From Bigelowiella natans CCMP2755 (lineage: Eukaryota > Protista > Cercozoa), in contig ADNK01002564.1 in the NCBI GenBank assembly GCA_000320545.1, positions 1 to 36,020 of the forward strand: 36,020 bases of DNA. The letters are read 5' to 3'. Position 1 is the stretch's first letter, and every line of letters starts with the position of its first letter. This document shows positions 22,366 through 35,552 of this stretch, one piece after another. The notes beneath the pieces are model-generated. The model was not told where the DNA came from and did no database searches. It was given only the letters and a program-made list of their open reading frames with translations. The translations under genes were made by a program, and so were the position numbers.

Positions 22366-23838
22366 ACACACTTCTAAAAGCGACAAGCAATCGATGCGCT
22401 TAGGCGAGGGCTTGAAGCTCTCGTGCTGGATGCGAACGGCGTATCCTCTGCTGTTACAGGCAACTATAGCCATCTTGCACACCGTCGATAACTGCTCGTG
22501 GTCATCCTCTATACACCACACGAGCAAAAAACAAAAAAATAGAGCGAGGAGGGGGAGGGAGAGAGAAACAGAGCGAGAAGACATCAATTAGGACTTAACA
22601 ACACAAACAACAAGAAGACCATCCATGTCGGGGGGTGGGGGTGGGAGGGGGGGGACGTGACAACTCACTTCTATTTCGGTTTTCTGAGGAAATGTCCGAC
22701 AGGAAGTTGTTCAAGTCGCCGCGGAGTGCCGCTCCGAGTTCTTGATCGCTGGCCTGAGGCATAGCATATGTCATCATGCGCGGACGTGAGTGATGTTGCT
22801 ACACAAGTACTATCGATATACACTCTTGCTGCTGCTTTAAAACTACAGGTTGCATGTGCGATAGTATTTGGCTATCTTGTGTATATTATATATACATATA
22901 TGAATCTGTATATATACTTCATATTCGTAGACTCACCTTATCGATGATATTACGGATGCGCGCGAGCTTGACTGTGTTTGGGCCGTCGCTGCTCCGCATG
23001 ATTCCCAGCTGCGCAAGCATACCAGCAAGGGCATTCTTCACGCCGTGATACAGGGCCTTCTGAGCTTTCATCAGCTGCTCATTTTTGCGCTGCTCATGCT
23101 TAAGACTTGTGATGTCCTGTCCGACACCGATCATACCGACAACTGTTCCCGTGGCGTCTCTTCGGGCAGAGGCGTTGAGGAGAATCTCGATACGTGCTCT
23201 GTTTTATAGTTTGTTGTATTTTGGGAAAGGGGAGGGGGGGATGGAGGAGGGGCAGGGGCGGGGGCGATCCGTTTATGAGGATATACTGCATGTCCTGAAA
23301 TTCATCGTTTATGCATCCCTGAAGTCTATGCGCGATCCGACACACAAACTCACACTCTCATTCACTCGCCCACACCCTTTAGAGCATTGAAAAAGTGGGC
23401 CGGCCGGCATCACATGCCAAAGCCATTTGAGAAGAAGAAAAGGAAGCGCAACCGCCAACACGACGACTACGAAAACTTGCAAGACCGAGCAACGTGCATA
23501 CCTGCCGTCCTTGGTGTACAGCGGAAATTCGAAGTTCTCCGTGTCCACCCCGGTGAGCGCCGACTCCAGAACCTTCTGGACGCTATTCTTATGTTCGTCG
23601 CGGATATACCCTGTGATTAGGTTCTTCCCTAAGACCTCAGCTCTCGTATACCCGGTGATCTTGGCTAAATGCCATCAGGACAGGGAAAAAAGGTATAGAG
23701 TTAAAAATGTATTCAGTAGGTTGTTATCAAATTCGCGCCAAAGGTTCTCCAAACAAGGTGCAATACAAGTTAGGGGGTGGGGAGGGGGGGGGGGGAGGAA
23801 GGGCCTTTGGACACATGTAGCTCTCCCTCTCTCTCTCT

Positions 23839-23876
<38 letters not shown>

Positions 23877-26800
23877 AAATGTAAATATGTGTGTTAATAA
23901 TATTCCAACCGGCTTTCTGGTTCCACTCTGAGATGTTAAGATGACGATCCACCCCGAAGATAGGAGCATTCGAGGTGTCAATGAGGCGCCGGCTGTCCTC
24001 GCCGATTCGATCGCGCTCTATCTGCACCTTCAGCATCTGTGTGATATCCTGCCCGACTCCGAGGCATCTATCGTTTTTAGAATTAATTCATTCATTCCTT
24101 TTACAAATTAAAAAACCGAGAATTTGATGACGTGAAGCAAACATATCTGATGTCAGCGCTTTGGGTCGAATGAAGGAATTATGTGAAGAAGTGTGAATGG
24201 ATTGGGGTACCCAGTAAGCTCTCCCTGGACGTTCACCGTCGGAGACGCGTTGAGGAGGACTTCCACCCTATCCCCCGTTTTCGAGAAGAGTGGGAATTGA
24301 AAGTTGGATGTGTTTTGTCCTTCAAAGGCCTATATTAATTCAGAAGTAAATGCATATGAATCATGCATGCCTTTTGCTTGCGGGCAGCTGTATTTTTTTA
24401 ATTTGATGCTATCACTCGTTAATTTAATGTTGTCATCGAACAAACCTTGTCAAAGATAGCTTGCACCTCTTCTCTATACTCTTCGGTGATGTAGTTTTGT
24501 ACCAGATGCTTCCCTAGCACCTAGATAGCACGCGCCGGGTCGGGGGTGTATTTGAGGCAGCAGATTAGTTTGACACCGCGGGGAGAGCGAGAATTGAAAG
24601 ATAAAGTAGTGAGGTACATAAAGGCATCTGAGACAGCTATAGAATGGGGATTGTTAAACTTGGGAAAACACTGTATGACGTGTGCATTTTTTGTACATAT
24701 ATATAAATAGAATCCAACGTCTCTCTGTGTGTCTCTCTCTCTGTCTCTCTCCGTCTCTCTACGCACACACACACACACACACACAAACACACACATACAG
24801 TGAGCCGCTGACCTCATGTTTCGAGAACCCGGTAATTTCAGCTGCTTTGCGGTTCCACTCATTGATGTTACCCTTCATATCGACGCCGAAGATGGGCGCG
24901 TTGGCCGTCTTGACGAGCGACCGCGTATTGCGCAAGGCAAGATCACGCTCGCGGGTAACCTGCTTCATGTCGGTGATGTCCTGACCGACACCGATCATAC
25001 CCACAACGCGCTCTTGTACGTCCCGGCGCGCGGATGCGTTCAGGAGGATGTCGATACGCTTGCTGCCGTCCTTTGTGTACAGCGGAAACTCAAAGTTCTC
25101 CGTTTCCTTCCCCTCCAGCGCAGCGAGGATGACGGTCTTCACGCTCTCCTTGTGCTCGTCACGGATATACCCGTCGTCGATGAGGTTCTTGCCGAGCACT
25201 TCTAGCCTACTGTACCCTGTGATCTTGACGGCCTTCTGATTCCACTCTGTAATGTTCAGCCTGCGGTCGACCCCGAAAATAGGCGCATTCGAAGTGTCAA
25301 TCAAACGCTTGCTATCTTCGCCGATACGGTCGCGCTCGAGCTGTATCCTAAGCATCTGTGTGATGTCCTGCCCGACACCCAGGCATCCGGTGAGCTGGCC
25401 CTGCACGTTGTAGGTCGGTGATGCGTTGAGAAGGACTTCAACGCGCTCGCCAGTTTTCGAAAACAGCGGAAACTGGAAGTTCGATGTGCTCTCGCCTTTG
25501 AAAGCCTTATCGAAGACGGTTTGGACCTGCTCGCGGTACTCTTGGGTGATGTAGTTCTGGACCAGCAGCCTGCGGATTACGAAGCAAGTCAAAGAGGCAA
25601 ATGCAGAACACTTCAGTGAGGCAAGACGAAGCACCAACAAAAATAAACGACATCTAAATCATCTCCGCTCGCAGAAGCACGCAAAACGATTCTCTTTGTT
25701 TTATTCAGAGGCTAATTAATTCTCTCACTTTCCGAGCACTTCCTCCTTGCTGAACCCGGTGATCTTTGCTGCTTTGCGGTTCCACTCATTGATATTTCCC
25801 TTAATGTCGACACCAAAGATGGGCGCGTTGGCGGTCTGTATGAGAATGCGCGTATTCCGCAATGCTACGTCACGCTCTTGTGTGACTTGCTTCATCTCTG
25901 TGATGTCCTGACCGACACCGATGACACCAACAATGCCTCCCATAACATCCCTACGAGACGATGCGTTCAGGAGGATCTCGATACGCTTGCTGCCGTCCTT
26001 TGTGTACAGCGGAAACTCAAAGTTCTCCGTTTCCTTCCCCTCCAGCGCAGCGAGGATGACGGTCTTCACGCTCTCCTTGTGCTCGTCACGGATATACCCG
26101 TCGTCGATGAGGTTCTTGCCGAGCACTTCTAGCCTACTGTACCCTGTGATCTTGACGGCCTTCTGATTCCACTCTGTAATGTTCAGCCTGCGGTCGACCC
26201 CGAAAATAGGCGCATTCGAAGTGTCAATCAAACGCTTGCTATCTTCACCAATGCGCTGAAGTTCTGCTTGCACCTTAAGCATTTTTGTGACATCCTGTCC
26301 GACACCCAGGCATCCGGTGAGCTGGCCCTGCACGTTGTAGGTCGGTGATGCGTTGAGAAGGACTTCAACGCGCTCGCCAGTTTTCGAAAACAGCGGAAAC
26401 TGGAAGTTCGATGTGCTCTCGCCTTTGAAAGCCTTATCGAAGACGGTTTGGACCTGCTCGCGGTACTCTTGGGTGATGTAGTTCTGGATTAGGTGGCGCT
26501 TGAGCACCTCCTCTTTACTAAAGCCTGTGATTTGAGCGGCCTTTCGATTCCACTCGTTGATATTCCCCTTCATATCGACTCCGAAAATGGGCGCGTTTGC
26601 CGTCTGGATGAGGATGCGGGTGTTCCGAAGTGCTACATCACGCTCCTGTGTCACTTGCCGCATCCGGGTGATGTCCTGACCGACTCCAATCACACCTACC
26701 ACGTCGCCGTTGAGGTTTCGTCTTGGCGAGGCATTCAGGAGAACGATGACACGCTGCTTGTCAGCAGTGAATAGCGGAAGCACAAAGTTCTCGGTTTGCT

Positions 26801-28011
26801 GGCCCAGGAGTGCTCTTTGGATCACCTTGGCCGTTCGCTCCCACTCGTCCGCGTTGATGAAAGATTTCAGGGGCTGGCCGAATGTTAAACTTTTCTTGTA
26901 TCCTGTCACAGAAACAATCTTCTTGTTCCATTCAGTGATGTGGAGAGATGTATCGACTCCGAAGATAGGGGCGTTCGCATCGTCAATGAGCCGTTCATAT
27001 TCTTTCCTAAGGATCTCGTTTTTCCTCTGCTCAGTCTTCAGATCTGTGATGTCTTGACCAACCCCGATCATACCAACAGGCTCACCGAGTGCGTTTCTTC
27101 GCGTTGAGGCGTTGAGTAGCACAACGACCTTCTTTGATTCTCTCTTGGTGTCTGCGGAAATGAAAGGGCGTCAATTAAAGCCAATTAATTTAGTAGTATT
27201 GGGGGCTGCGTAATGATGTCATTACAGAGTGGAAAGACGAAGTTCTCTGTCTCCTTGCCGCTTAGAGCCTCCTGAATGACCTCGCGAACTTTGGCACGGT
27301 CCTCTGCATGGATAAAATTGTCCACCAAATTCTTTCCCATGACTTCATTCTTAATGTATCCTGTCACCTGTTGTTTACATAGACATTAGAATTAAGGTGC
27401 TTATGTATGGAGCATCTAGTTGCTTGACCATAGCTGCTTTGTGATTCCATTCGTTGACGCATAGCTTCATGTCGACTCCAAAAATAGGCGCATTCGCAGT
27501 CTCGATGAGCTGCAGGTACTCATCCTGCAATCATGTATACAAGATATTACTAGATGTTCATTGAACGAAATGATGATATTAATATCATACCTGGGCATGG
27601 ACATGGGACCCTGTATAAGTCTCGAAGATGCGAATACTGCCATTCTGTTTTTTGTAGTGCCTGAGTATGTTCCAACGAGTCATGTCTCTGATGTGGTTAA
27701 CCAGGAAGGCATAGGAAATAGACGTACACTGTTACAGCCGCGAAGCCGTTCTTAGTCCGAACTCGATAGGATGCCGTCGACTTTATACTAGTCACGTGCT
27801 TTATAAAGTTTTGCTCGTTGAGCTTGAGAGCTCTGGCATCGAGAGGATGGACGCGCGACCAAAGCCTCGTGCCAACGAGGTCCTTAGGTTTGTGCCCGTA
27901 GACCTCTTCCACATTCGAGCTAGCATGAATGATCTCTCCCTTTCGATCACTCAGCAGGACAACCGTTCCGGCGATCCCAGCCTCGAGGTCCACCTGCAGA
28001 GCGCTTTCCAT
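20244..28011 (-). CDS. Hybrid sensor histidine kinase: 9 PAS domains + HisKA-like + HATPase-like + receiver domain (multi-exon)
   Basis: Divergent N-terminal PAS (SSNVEEVYGHKPKDLVG...VHPLD); eight repeats of NAPIFGVD...EWN...GVGQD(I/V)T; H-box ALYHGVKNAL (His ~23045-23047); N-box LILDNVLNNA (~22001-22027); G2 SQGMGLSII (~21515-21535); receiver CVEDMKMIR...CILDQNL (Asp ~20789-20791)...IRSAN...CKS; stop at 20244-20246. Confidence 0.9.
25051..26487 (-). repeat. Internal tandem duplication of a two-PAS unit (768 coding nt)
   Basis: 25051-25319 is identical to 25978-26246 and 25373-25560 to 26300-26487. The offset of 927 bp equals 768 coding nt plus the 159-bp intron 25570-25728. Confidence 0.9.
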
Positions 28012-28049
28012 CTTGAGGCGTGCACTTATGAGAGGTATGTACGGCCAGA

Positions 28050-28845
28050 TCGGCGCGTTAAGATGTGGGATTTGAAACGAAAAATGGCCTCAGTTTGTGC
28101 ACTTTTGTTACCAATTTTGTCAAAAAAACGCGTGTAACAGCCAGAAACGCCACCACAGTGTCGCCCTTCAATTCACAGCGCAACATTGAAAGCGAAGTTG
28201 AGCGAGGGCTCATTGCAAAGATCTTACGCCGTTTTGGACATCTAGACAGAGGGTGCAATATCCACACCTTGCAAAACACGCAAATTGCAAGCCCAAACAC
28301 GTCACAAATGGCAATTTTGAACAATTTGCTCATGACCTCCTGAAGAGGGTGACTCATGAGGCCTGACACAGTGGTGAAAAACCTGAAAATGTGCTTCAGC
28401 TGCCCGGACATCCTGGACATCCGCGAAAACCTGTCGGTCATCCGACACTACCCGGACATCCGGCGATCATCGTGATCATTTCTGCCCATTTTTGCGGTCT
28501 TTTTTGGACCATTTTTGCAAAATTGGTTTTGGGGGCGCAATTTGTTTTTGCCATGGCATCTTCATCCCTTGATGCGGCTCTGGCGCCTCAGATGGGTTGT
28601 TAGCTGGTTTTTGTGTCTCATCACCAACAGAGTGCTGACAAGTCCTTGCAACGAGTGTTGTTGAGGCTCTGCTGCATGCAAACGCCTGTCTCCCATGTGG
28701 TTCTGGCGCATGCAGATTTGATCAACGCTTTGTTCATTTTTCAGCGTTCATTGGGCTTGTGTGTGCATCGATTTGTGCGGTCGATTGCCAGGTTGTCGTC
28801 AATTTTTCGATCGACCTTCACAAAATTGACGTTGTTGTCGGATTT

Positions 28846-28882
<37 letters not shown>

Positions 28883-29399
28883 CACATCAGACACATCAGT
28901 GCAGGTTCAAACAGATCCCTGGCCTCGTGTGCCGTGGCTGGAGTGAAAACGAAGGCTGCGAGCAAGTTGGAGAACTTGCAGAAACAGGAGGAAATCACGA
29001 GGAGGCATTGAAAGAGTTGTCTGACCAGAGCACGTGGCTGGAAAGATGTTTTCATCGTCCATGTTTGAAGCAACCTCCGAATTTCTCCGTCTCCTTTGAC
29101 GACCTGTCTTCGACACAACTGAGCACCTTTCCTGTTTCTTTCGTGAAACTGTTGCTTCTTTGTTCAACTTCGTCGTGTGCTTGCAGTTGCACATGAACCC
29201 TTCTGGAGGAAACGAACAAAAACACTGCAAGTGGAAGACGTGCACTCCGGGGAGCGAAAAAAGTGTCCATCCACGTGAACGTGGACACAAAGCTGGAAAG
29301 AGGAGGTTGTGTGAAAAATTGCATGCCTTCCCGTCCACGAAGTTGAGCACGAGCAGCGATGTGCCCCACTTGCACCGTGTGTGGGGCCATGCACGCACA

Positions 29400-29430
<31 letters not shown>

Positions 29431-29880
29431 GCGCACACCCAGACACGCGTCTTGAATTGTGATTTCACAACTCATTGAGTGCGCTCATTGTCATTGTTGT
29501 CTCACGCTGTCATCGCTGACCGACAAGTCCCACGTTGTTGTTGTCGATGCGCAAAATTGCAACACTGATGATTGAGCGCGATGCTTGACGATGCGCACAC
29601 TTCAACTTTGCGTGCACACGCCGGATCAGTGCCCACGTCCACACACTGACAGGTTGAACTTTTCGGTCTAGACAGGACCCGACCACACGGTTGCTTCAAA
29701 TTTGCAAATTGGGTGATGCACATTTGAAACGAATTGCACGTTGCTCTGTGTCGAAGGGAAAGTTGCATCGTGAAATTTCCAACAGCACACAGATTGAGAG
29801 GGGGGCACGTTCACTGAGCACTGGCGCTGGCTGCTACAAGCCTGCGATGCTTCACTCTGAAGTTCATGCAATTTGGAAAA
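28050..29880. other. TpA-depleted intergenic tract, possibly a decayed gene or transposon relic
   Basis: No TA dinucleotide in 28603-29668. It contains (TG)n and (CA)n(CG)n tracts and overlapping Tyr-free, Cys/His-rich ORFs on both strands. Confidence 0.8.
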
Positions 29881-30027
29881 AGTAGTTTCTACTACACTTG
29901 CACGCGCTCGTGCACAACTTTGTACACCTGCTATGGACGTCGTTTTGCTGAATGTTTTAATCTTTGTCTGTTCAGAAATCAGCATGTACATGTGTGTATT
30001 TCATGTGACGACAAGATAGCCAACGGG

Positions 30028-30703
30028 CTACATTCTAACCGGAGGTCGTAATCTTCCAAGGCTCCTTAGAGCCAGAAACAGAAAAACACCGGTCAAGGCC
30101 CCTACTTGATTTCCCCGCAGTCGAGCTCTTTCAGAATCGGTTTCTGATCCTATCATGTCATATCTCCGGTATGGAAGTACGTCAGTGTGGAAGTAGCAGA
30201 ACGAGAATGCGGATGCCTGGACAATGAAAACGAAATAAAAAAACGTCTGTTTAAGCGCAAAATGCTTTTCGCAAAGCATCTACTGTTTATTCGTATTGTA
30301 ATCACTCGAACTTTCGTTGTTTGTACAACGGATACGTGAGGAGTGATTTGAACCCACTGGGAGGGGGGCAAACGTGAAAGGGGACAAAAGACGGTGGCAG
30401 CAGGCCTTCATGGCGAACATAGTATTTTTGAAAAAAAAATCTAGTGACAATTTATGATGCACTACTTACCGCTGCTACCACGGAGGGGATCGTTGGCGGA
30501 AATAACGGCCAATGCACAATCACCTTGTACCGAAGCATCAGCCAACACATGCCAGCATTCAGCTGATGAGGTAAACTCTTGCTCTATCACCTCCCCCCCC
30601 CCACCTCCCCCCCCAGGCCCGGCATGTGGTTGCAGAATGAATATCAAGATGGGAGAGGCGACCAGATCGCGCTCTCGATTGAAAGAGTCCTTGCTGTAAA
30701 TTC

Positions 30704-30740
<37 letters not shown>

Positions 30741-33290
30741 CATCATCATCCTCAGCATCTTCTCAGCACGTGCAGCGACTGATCTGATTTTCTCACCGTT
30801 TCTATCCAACTGGCCATCGCAGCTCCTTTGAGCCCCTGTATTGCTGGCGAAGTTCCTGCTAATGGTCTCTGGCTTTCCTCGTCGAGCTGGAAGGAGAAAA
30901 CCGAAGAAGAGGTCGTGATTTCATCACAACAACAACAACAACAACAACAACAGCAGCAGCAACAGCAGCAACACGAAATTGATCATAAAAGACGCTCGAT
31001 TCAAGATACGAAATCTTTATGCGATGAAAAACATGGGCGGCGACGGCGACAGTGATTATATATGAAACCTTCCCCATATGGTGTTTCTTCTTCTTCTTAC
31101 AATTTTATAGCGAGTATCACCTTCCTCTTTGCAATGTAGCTTAGCTCAGAGACACCTGCACGGTATGCGACACGATGAAGAAAGAGGAGTAAGAAGGAGG
31201 AGAAGGAGGAGAAGAAACAGGGAGTTTCAAAGAGCAACAACAAGAAGACAGTGACGAGAATGCGCAAGTTAAAAGCCGAGTGGTACACCAGCACTAGAAG
31301 CAGCAGAAAAATATCTGACTCTTGTTTTTTTAGTTTTGACACGACGCCCCCACCTCTCTCCCCCCCCCCTCTCCCCCCATTTCTTTTCTCATCCAGAAAT
31401 AGTACGGTAGCAGCTCTACTACGGTTGTTAACCATCGTGGTTTCTGCCCTGCAGAGCTTGGAGAGAGTAGGCCTCAGCAAGACAACCGCTCACGCCAGCA
31501 GCAGTGTAAACGGAAGCAAGTATTCCAGTGGACATCCTACAGATGATGATGAGCAGCAAGAAGAACGACATCCACACGATGTAAACAGATTTCTCGGACG
31601 TTGTATGATGCTGCTCCTGCTACAACAATGATACTACTACGACTACTACGACTACCACGACTACTTCTTAACACATCCGCTCGGTAATATTCAGCTTCGA
31701 ATTTCCATGTGATTTCGAAGCTGGGAACGGCAAAAAAGGATAAAATAGAGCCAGGCATCATCCCATCCTGCCTGGCGAGGGATGTACATGTCGAGCCACT
31801 GATAGCAGCCTCGGGTGAGATGGCTTTCGGCGCTCTTGTGTGTGAAGTGGATTTTTCGTTTGGTTCTTCCTCTCCTCGCGGAGGACACCTGCACGAGAGT
31901 GTGGCGCCAAGAGCAAAGAACCATGGCCAGCCCAGTAGAAGGAACGTCGTTGGGGTCAGGGAAGGCGATGATATGTCGGGACAAACCCACGGCATCTGAT
32001 GATAACAATGGGTTTGATGGGAGATCCTACTCGGAGAGATGCGGGCCAAAATATAATACACACGCGCTTTGCTCACAACTCGATGATGTTGTGGAAAAGT
32101 ACCAGTGGCAACAACCAGAAGCGATGCCCCTCTCGGAGATCTTCAAGACTGGAGAGGAGGTAAGAAAATGCGTCTTGCATAACCTGTCGCATGTAGTAGC
32201 CGTGGAACGATTCAGGAGAAGCAGTTAATAATGCAAAGATGCAAAAGACTCAAATCTATATTAGCTGCATTAGCTGCTAGTCCTTCCACAACAATTGGTA
32301 AGAACCGATTACAACGCGTTTGACTAAAAACTCACAGGGTCGTTTCCTCCGTCACCGAATATGCAGAGACTCGTCACGCCAGTGGTAAGGGTAATAAGGA
32401 GCACAAAGTCCAGCTACAAAAAGAATAGCAAAAACTGTAATGGGTGGGAGAGAAGTACGAATAGAGCAAGCTGGTTCTTGTGGTACCGAGGTTCAGAAAG
32501 CAATTATTCATACACGCTTGCATTTGCATGCACCATGCATCACCCATTTTCATCTAGAACCACCTGCCGGTAAGAGTCGAAACCGGGAAGGAAAGTTCTG
32601 CGCTGATGGCGATCAAAAGTCTCGCGAATCCACGGGAGATCCCTAAGCAATCGCTAGTATTAATGGCGCATCGTCTTCGAGGGTCATCTCTTAACCAAGG
32701 ATCATGGCAAATATTACCGATTGCGAACTCTCTGTTCCGTCGGAACAAATGGTTTTGATTTCCTCTTTGTGCCTTGGTCCTGGTGCTGATTCCTCTGCTT
32801 ATTGTTGTTGTTGTTGCCACTGCTGCTATTCTTTTTGCCACCGTTCCCTCCCCTGCTGTTCGAGAAATGCCGCCGTCTTGCGGTGGGAAACCTGCGATTG
32901 CCGCGAACTCTGATAGTGACAAGCTGCCGGCGATGATAGAAAGAGCCTTTCGTTTTAAATTGACGTGAGCTAATCCCTCTTCTCTGTAGCATTCCTCGCA
33001 TCCGTATAATCATCGTGTCCTGCCTGTGGTACGATTTGCATCAGATCGAAGGGACAGGTAAGAGAACTTGCCACAGCACTATACAAGACTAGAGACGTCA
33101 ACTAAAGTAGATTCAAACACCAGTGGAAACATACACTCAGTAGCGACGAGACCGTTGCGTACCGTTGATTCCCTGATGCGGACCAAGGGGGGGTCACTGC
33201 GCACTGGCTTCCATGCAATATTCGAGCATCTCGGAAGCGCAGTCTAAGTGCGCAAATAGAGGCGATTAGTCCTGAAAGATACGGCCATTT
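30028..33290 (-). CDS. Putative multi-exon hypothetical (possibly membrane) protein; structure unresolved
   Basis: Exon-like segments between microsatellite-filled introns, e.g. LLSSLEDLREGHRFWLLPLVLFHNIIE (~32160-32075), TFLLLGWPWFFALGATL (~31950-31890), MSTGILASVYTAAG (~31535), VIEQEFTSSAECWHV (~30590). Confidence 0.35.
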
Positions 33291-33618
33291 TCTATTTTAA
33301 TCAGAAAATCCCCGATGTTTCCGGCTCCGGGTTTTTCTTGGGAAGTTTGACGGGGAATCGTGGGAAGAACGAGAGGCGGCCGCGCTGTTTTTCTCGCACT
33401 ATTTTGGATGGTGCATGGGAATATGACGAAGATATTTCATCGGCAATATATCGATAATATTGTTCCCAAAATACAAAATACTGTGTATTCCCGAGATTCC
33501 ATGCCCTCCAGCGGGAGACGCGGAGTCCGCCCCCAGCATTCCGACCCGCAGCCCTCGGGTCGCTGCTGCCTATCAGACGAGGGGGAAAGGCACCTGTGAT
33601 CATGGCCAACGTGGAATC

Positions 33619-34595
33619 ATGTGTCGGGTACTAGAGCGACGGGCAACCTGCCGTTGCCGCCTCCCCCCAGACGCAATAGCCGGTAGAGAAGCGCTCCAGC
33701 GAAAGAGGCAAGTGGCCAGGGCTTTCGCCGTTGCTTTAGTGACCTTATTTGGCATGCTGAGGATGGTAGAATCAGGTACAAACGTGCGCCAAAATTCCGT
33801 CGTGATGTTGCGATGCTCCACGTTGCCTCGAGCTTTGCGCGTTCTGCACTAGATAGTAGATTGGTTACCGCACACAGTTGCGCTGTGCGGTGGGGGCTAG
33901 GGAGGAGGGCGGGGGTGCAGACGGGAATCGTGCAGCTACGACACTGCAAGGCTGGGGACATCCCCCTACTGTCTTGTTTTGTCTTGCGTAGTCGAGCGAT
34001 CTAGGAAGTAGCGCTTGAAGTATCCCTCTCAAAAATACCTTTCTCAAAACATCAGATAACAGACGGTCTCCCGCTCGCCATCCTCACCGTCCCTTCCAGG
34101 GCCAGCAACATCGTAGCAGCCTCCTCGCCTCTAGCCTGAGTAAGAGCGCGAGCGCCATCACCTTCCTAGGCTCCATAGTGAGGAACAACGCCGGCAAAGG
34201 AGACAGCTTAAAACTAGCTGAGGGATTTGGGGGGGGGGGGAGGCTGGTTGGGGTAGGCAACAGGACGAATGATGTCGGGGATAGGCTTGAGTGCGGGTGG
34301 TGTGGATCTGACACTCCTTTCGGCCGTCTCTGGGTGAAGAATTGGTGGAAGAATAGCAAGAATGGAGGAATGCAGGTATGCAACGTCGTGTGCTTTACAT
34401 CTCCCAGCCCGTCTTTGCTGTAACGATACGGTCTTTCTGCACAATTCTAGATCGAAGCTTCGCAAGTTTGCACGCTGTGCGCTAAATTCTTCAAAGAGAA
34501 CGGGTAGTTTTTGTTTTATTGTGGGTAGGTGGGTAAAGGAAGAGGTTGAGGTTAGAATCATCTACATCAACCGCAGTGGTGAGAGGGGAAATTGC

Positions 34596-34640
<45 letters not shown>

Positions 34641-34725
34641 TCGGGATATTAAGGCGCATTTTCTCCATCCGTATTCGTGCTATTGTATTCCTTCCTCTTC
34701 CTCTTCCTCTTTCTCTTCCTCTCTG

Positions 34726-34775
<50 letters not shown>

Positions 34776-35520
34776 CTCTTTATCTCCATCTCTATCTCTA
34801 CCATATCACCTAATCCAATCATAAATCAGACACTTCGATCCGAAGAAGGCGCACACAAGACCTGAGGTGCTGGCGGGCAATCTGGTGAGATTGTTCGCGC
34901 AGCTGGAAGCTCTTCCGAAAATGACGACGGCTACGATGGCGGTGGCTCTTGCAGAGCAAAGGTGTATTTTTTCGCCACAACATGTGCTCCTCCTTCCCGA
35001 GTTTGTGCGACGTGTGAGAGGCCTGGACCTCAGGCAGGATTTTCACCAGTCATTACGATGGGGGAGGGGGGGGGGGGGATACTATTCTCTTATTTTTGTC
35101 TTCTTGTAATGCAATACTAAGATGATTTTTTTGTCATATACACATAGGCACATGAACAACAGCAGCGACTACCACCGCTCCAACACCACCACACCGCTAG
35201 CAATGATGGCTCTCAATACTACTTCGCCTGAGCGCTCCGATAGTAGATCAGCGCCCCCTCCTGCTACTGGTACTACTACCGTGAATGGCAGCAGCGCTGG
35301 TACCTGTGCGAACAGATGAGGATGATGAGGATGATGATACGAAAGAATGATGATAGCATTAAGGGAAAATCGGGGCAGGACTCGCGCACGCTACATATAT
35401 GTGTGTTGCCGTGCGTTGTTGGGGGAAGTTGCGTATCACCTCGCAAACGCTTTCCGACACCTACAACAAACGCTCTCACCGATGGTTCGGTGCCTTAGTC
35501 TTGCGGATTATGGTTTGACG

Positions 35521-35552
<32 letters not shown>

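Noticed and set aside
28613-29991. Many overlapping ORFs on both strands
   Set aside because: Explained by the absence of TA, which removes TAA/TAG stops; no recognisable domains.
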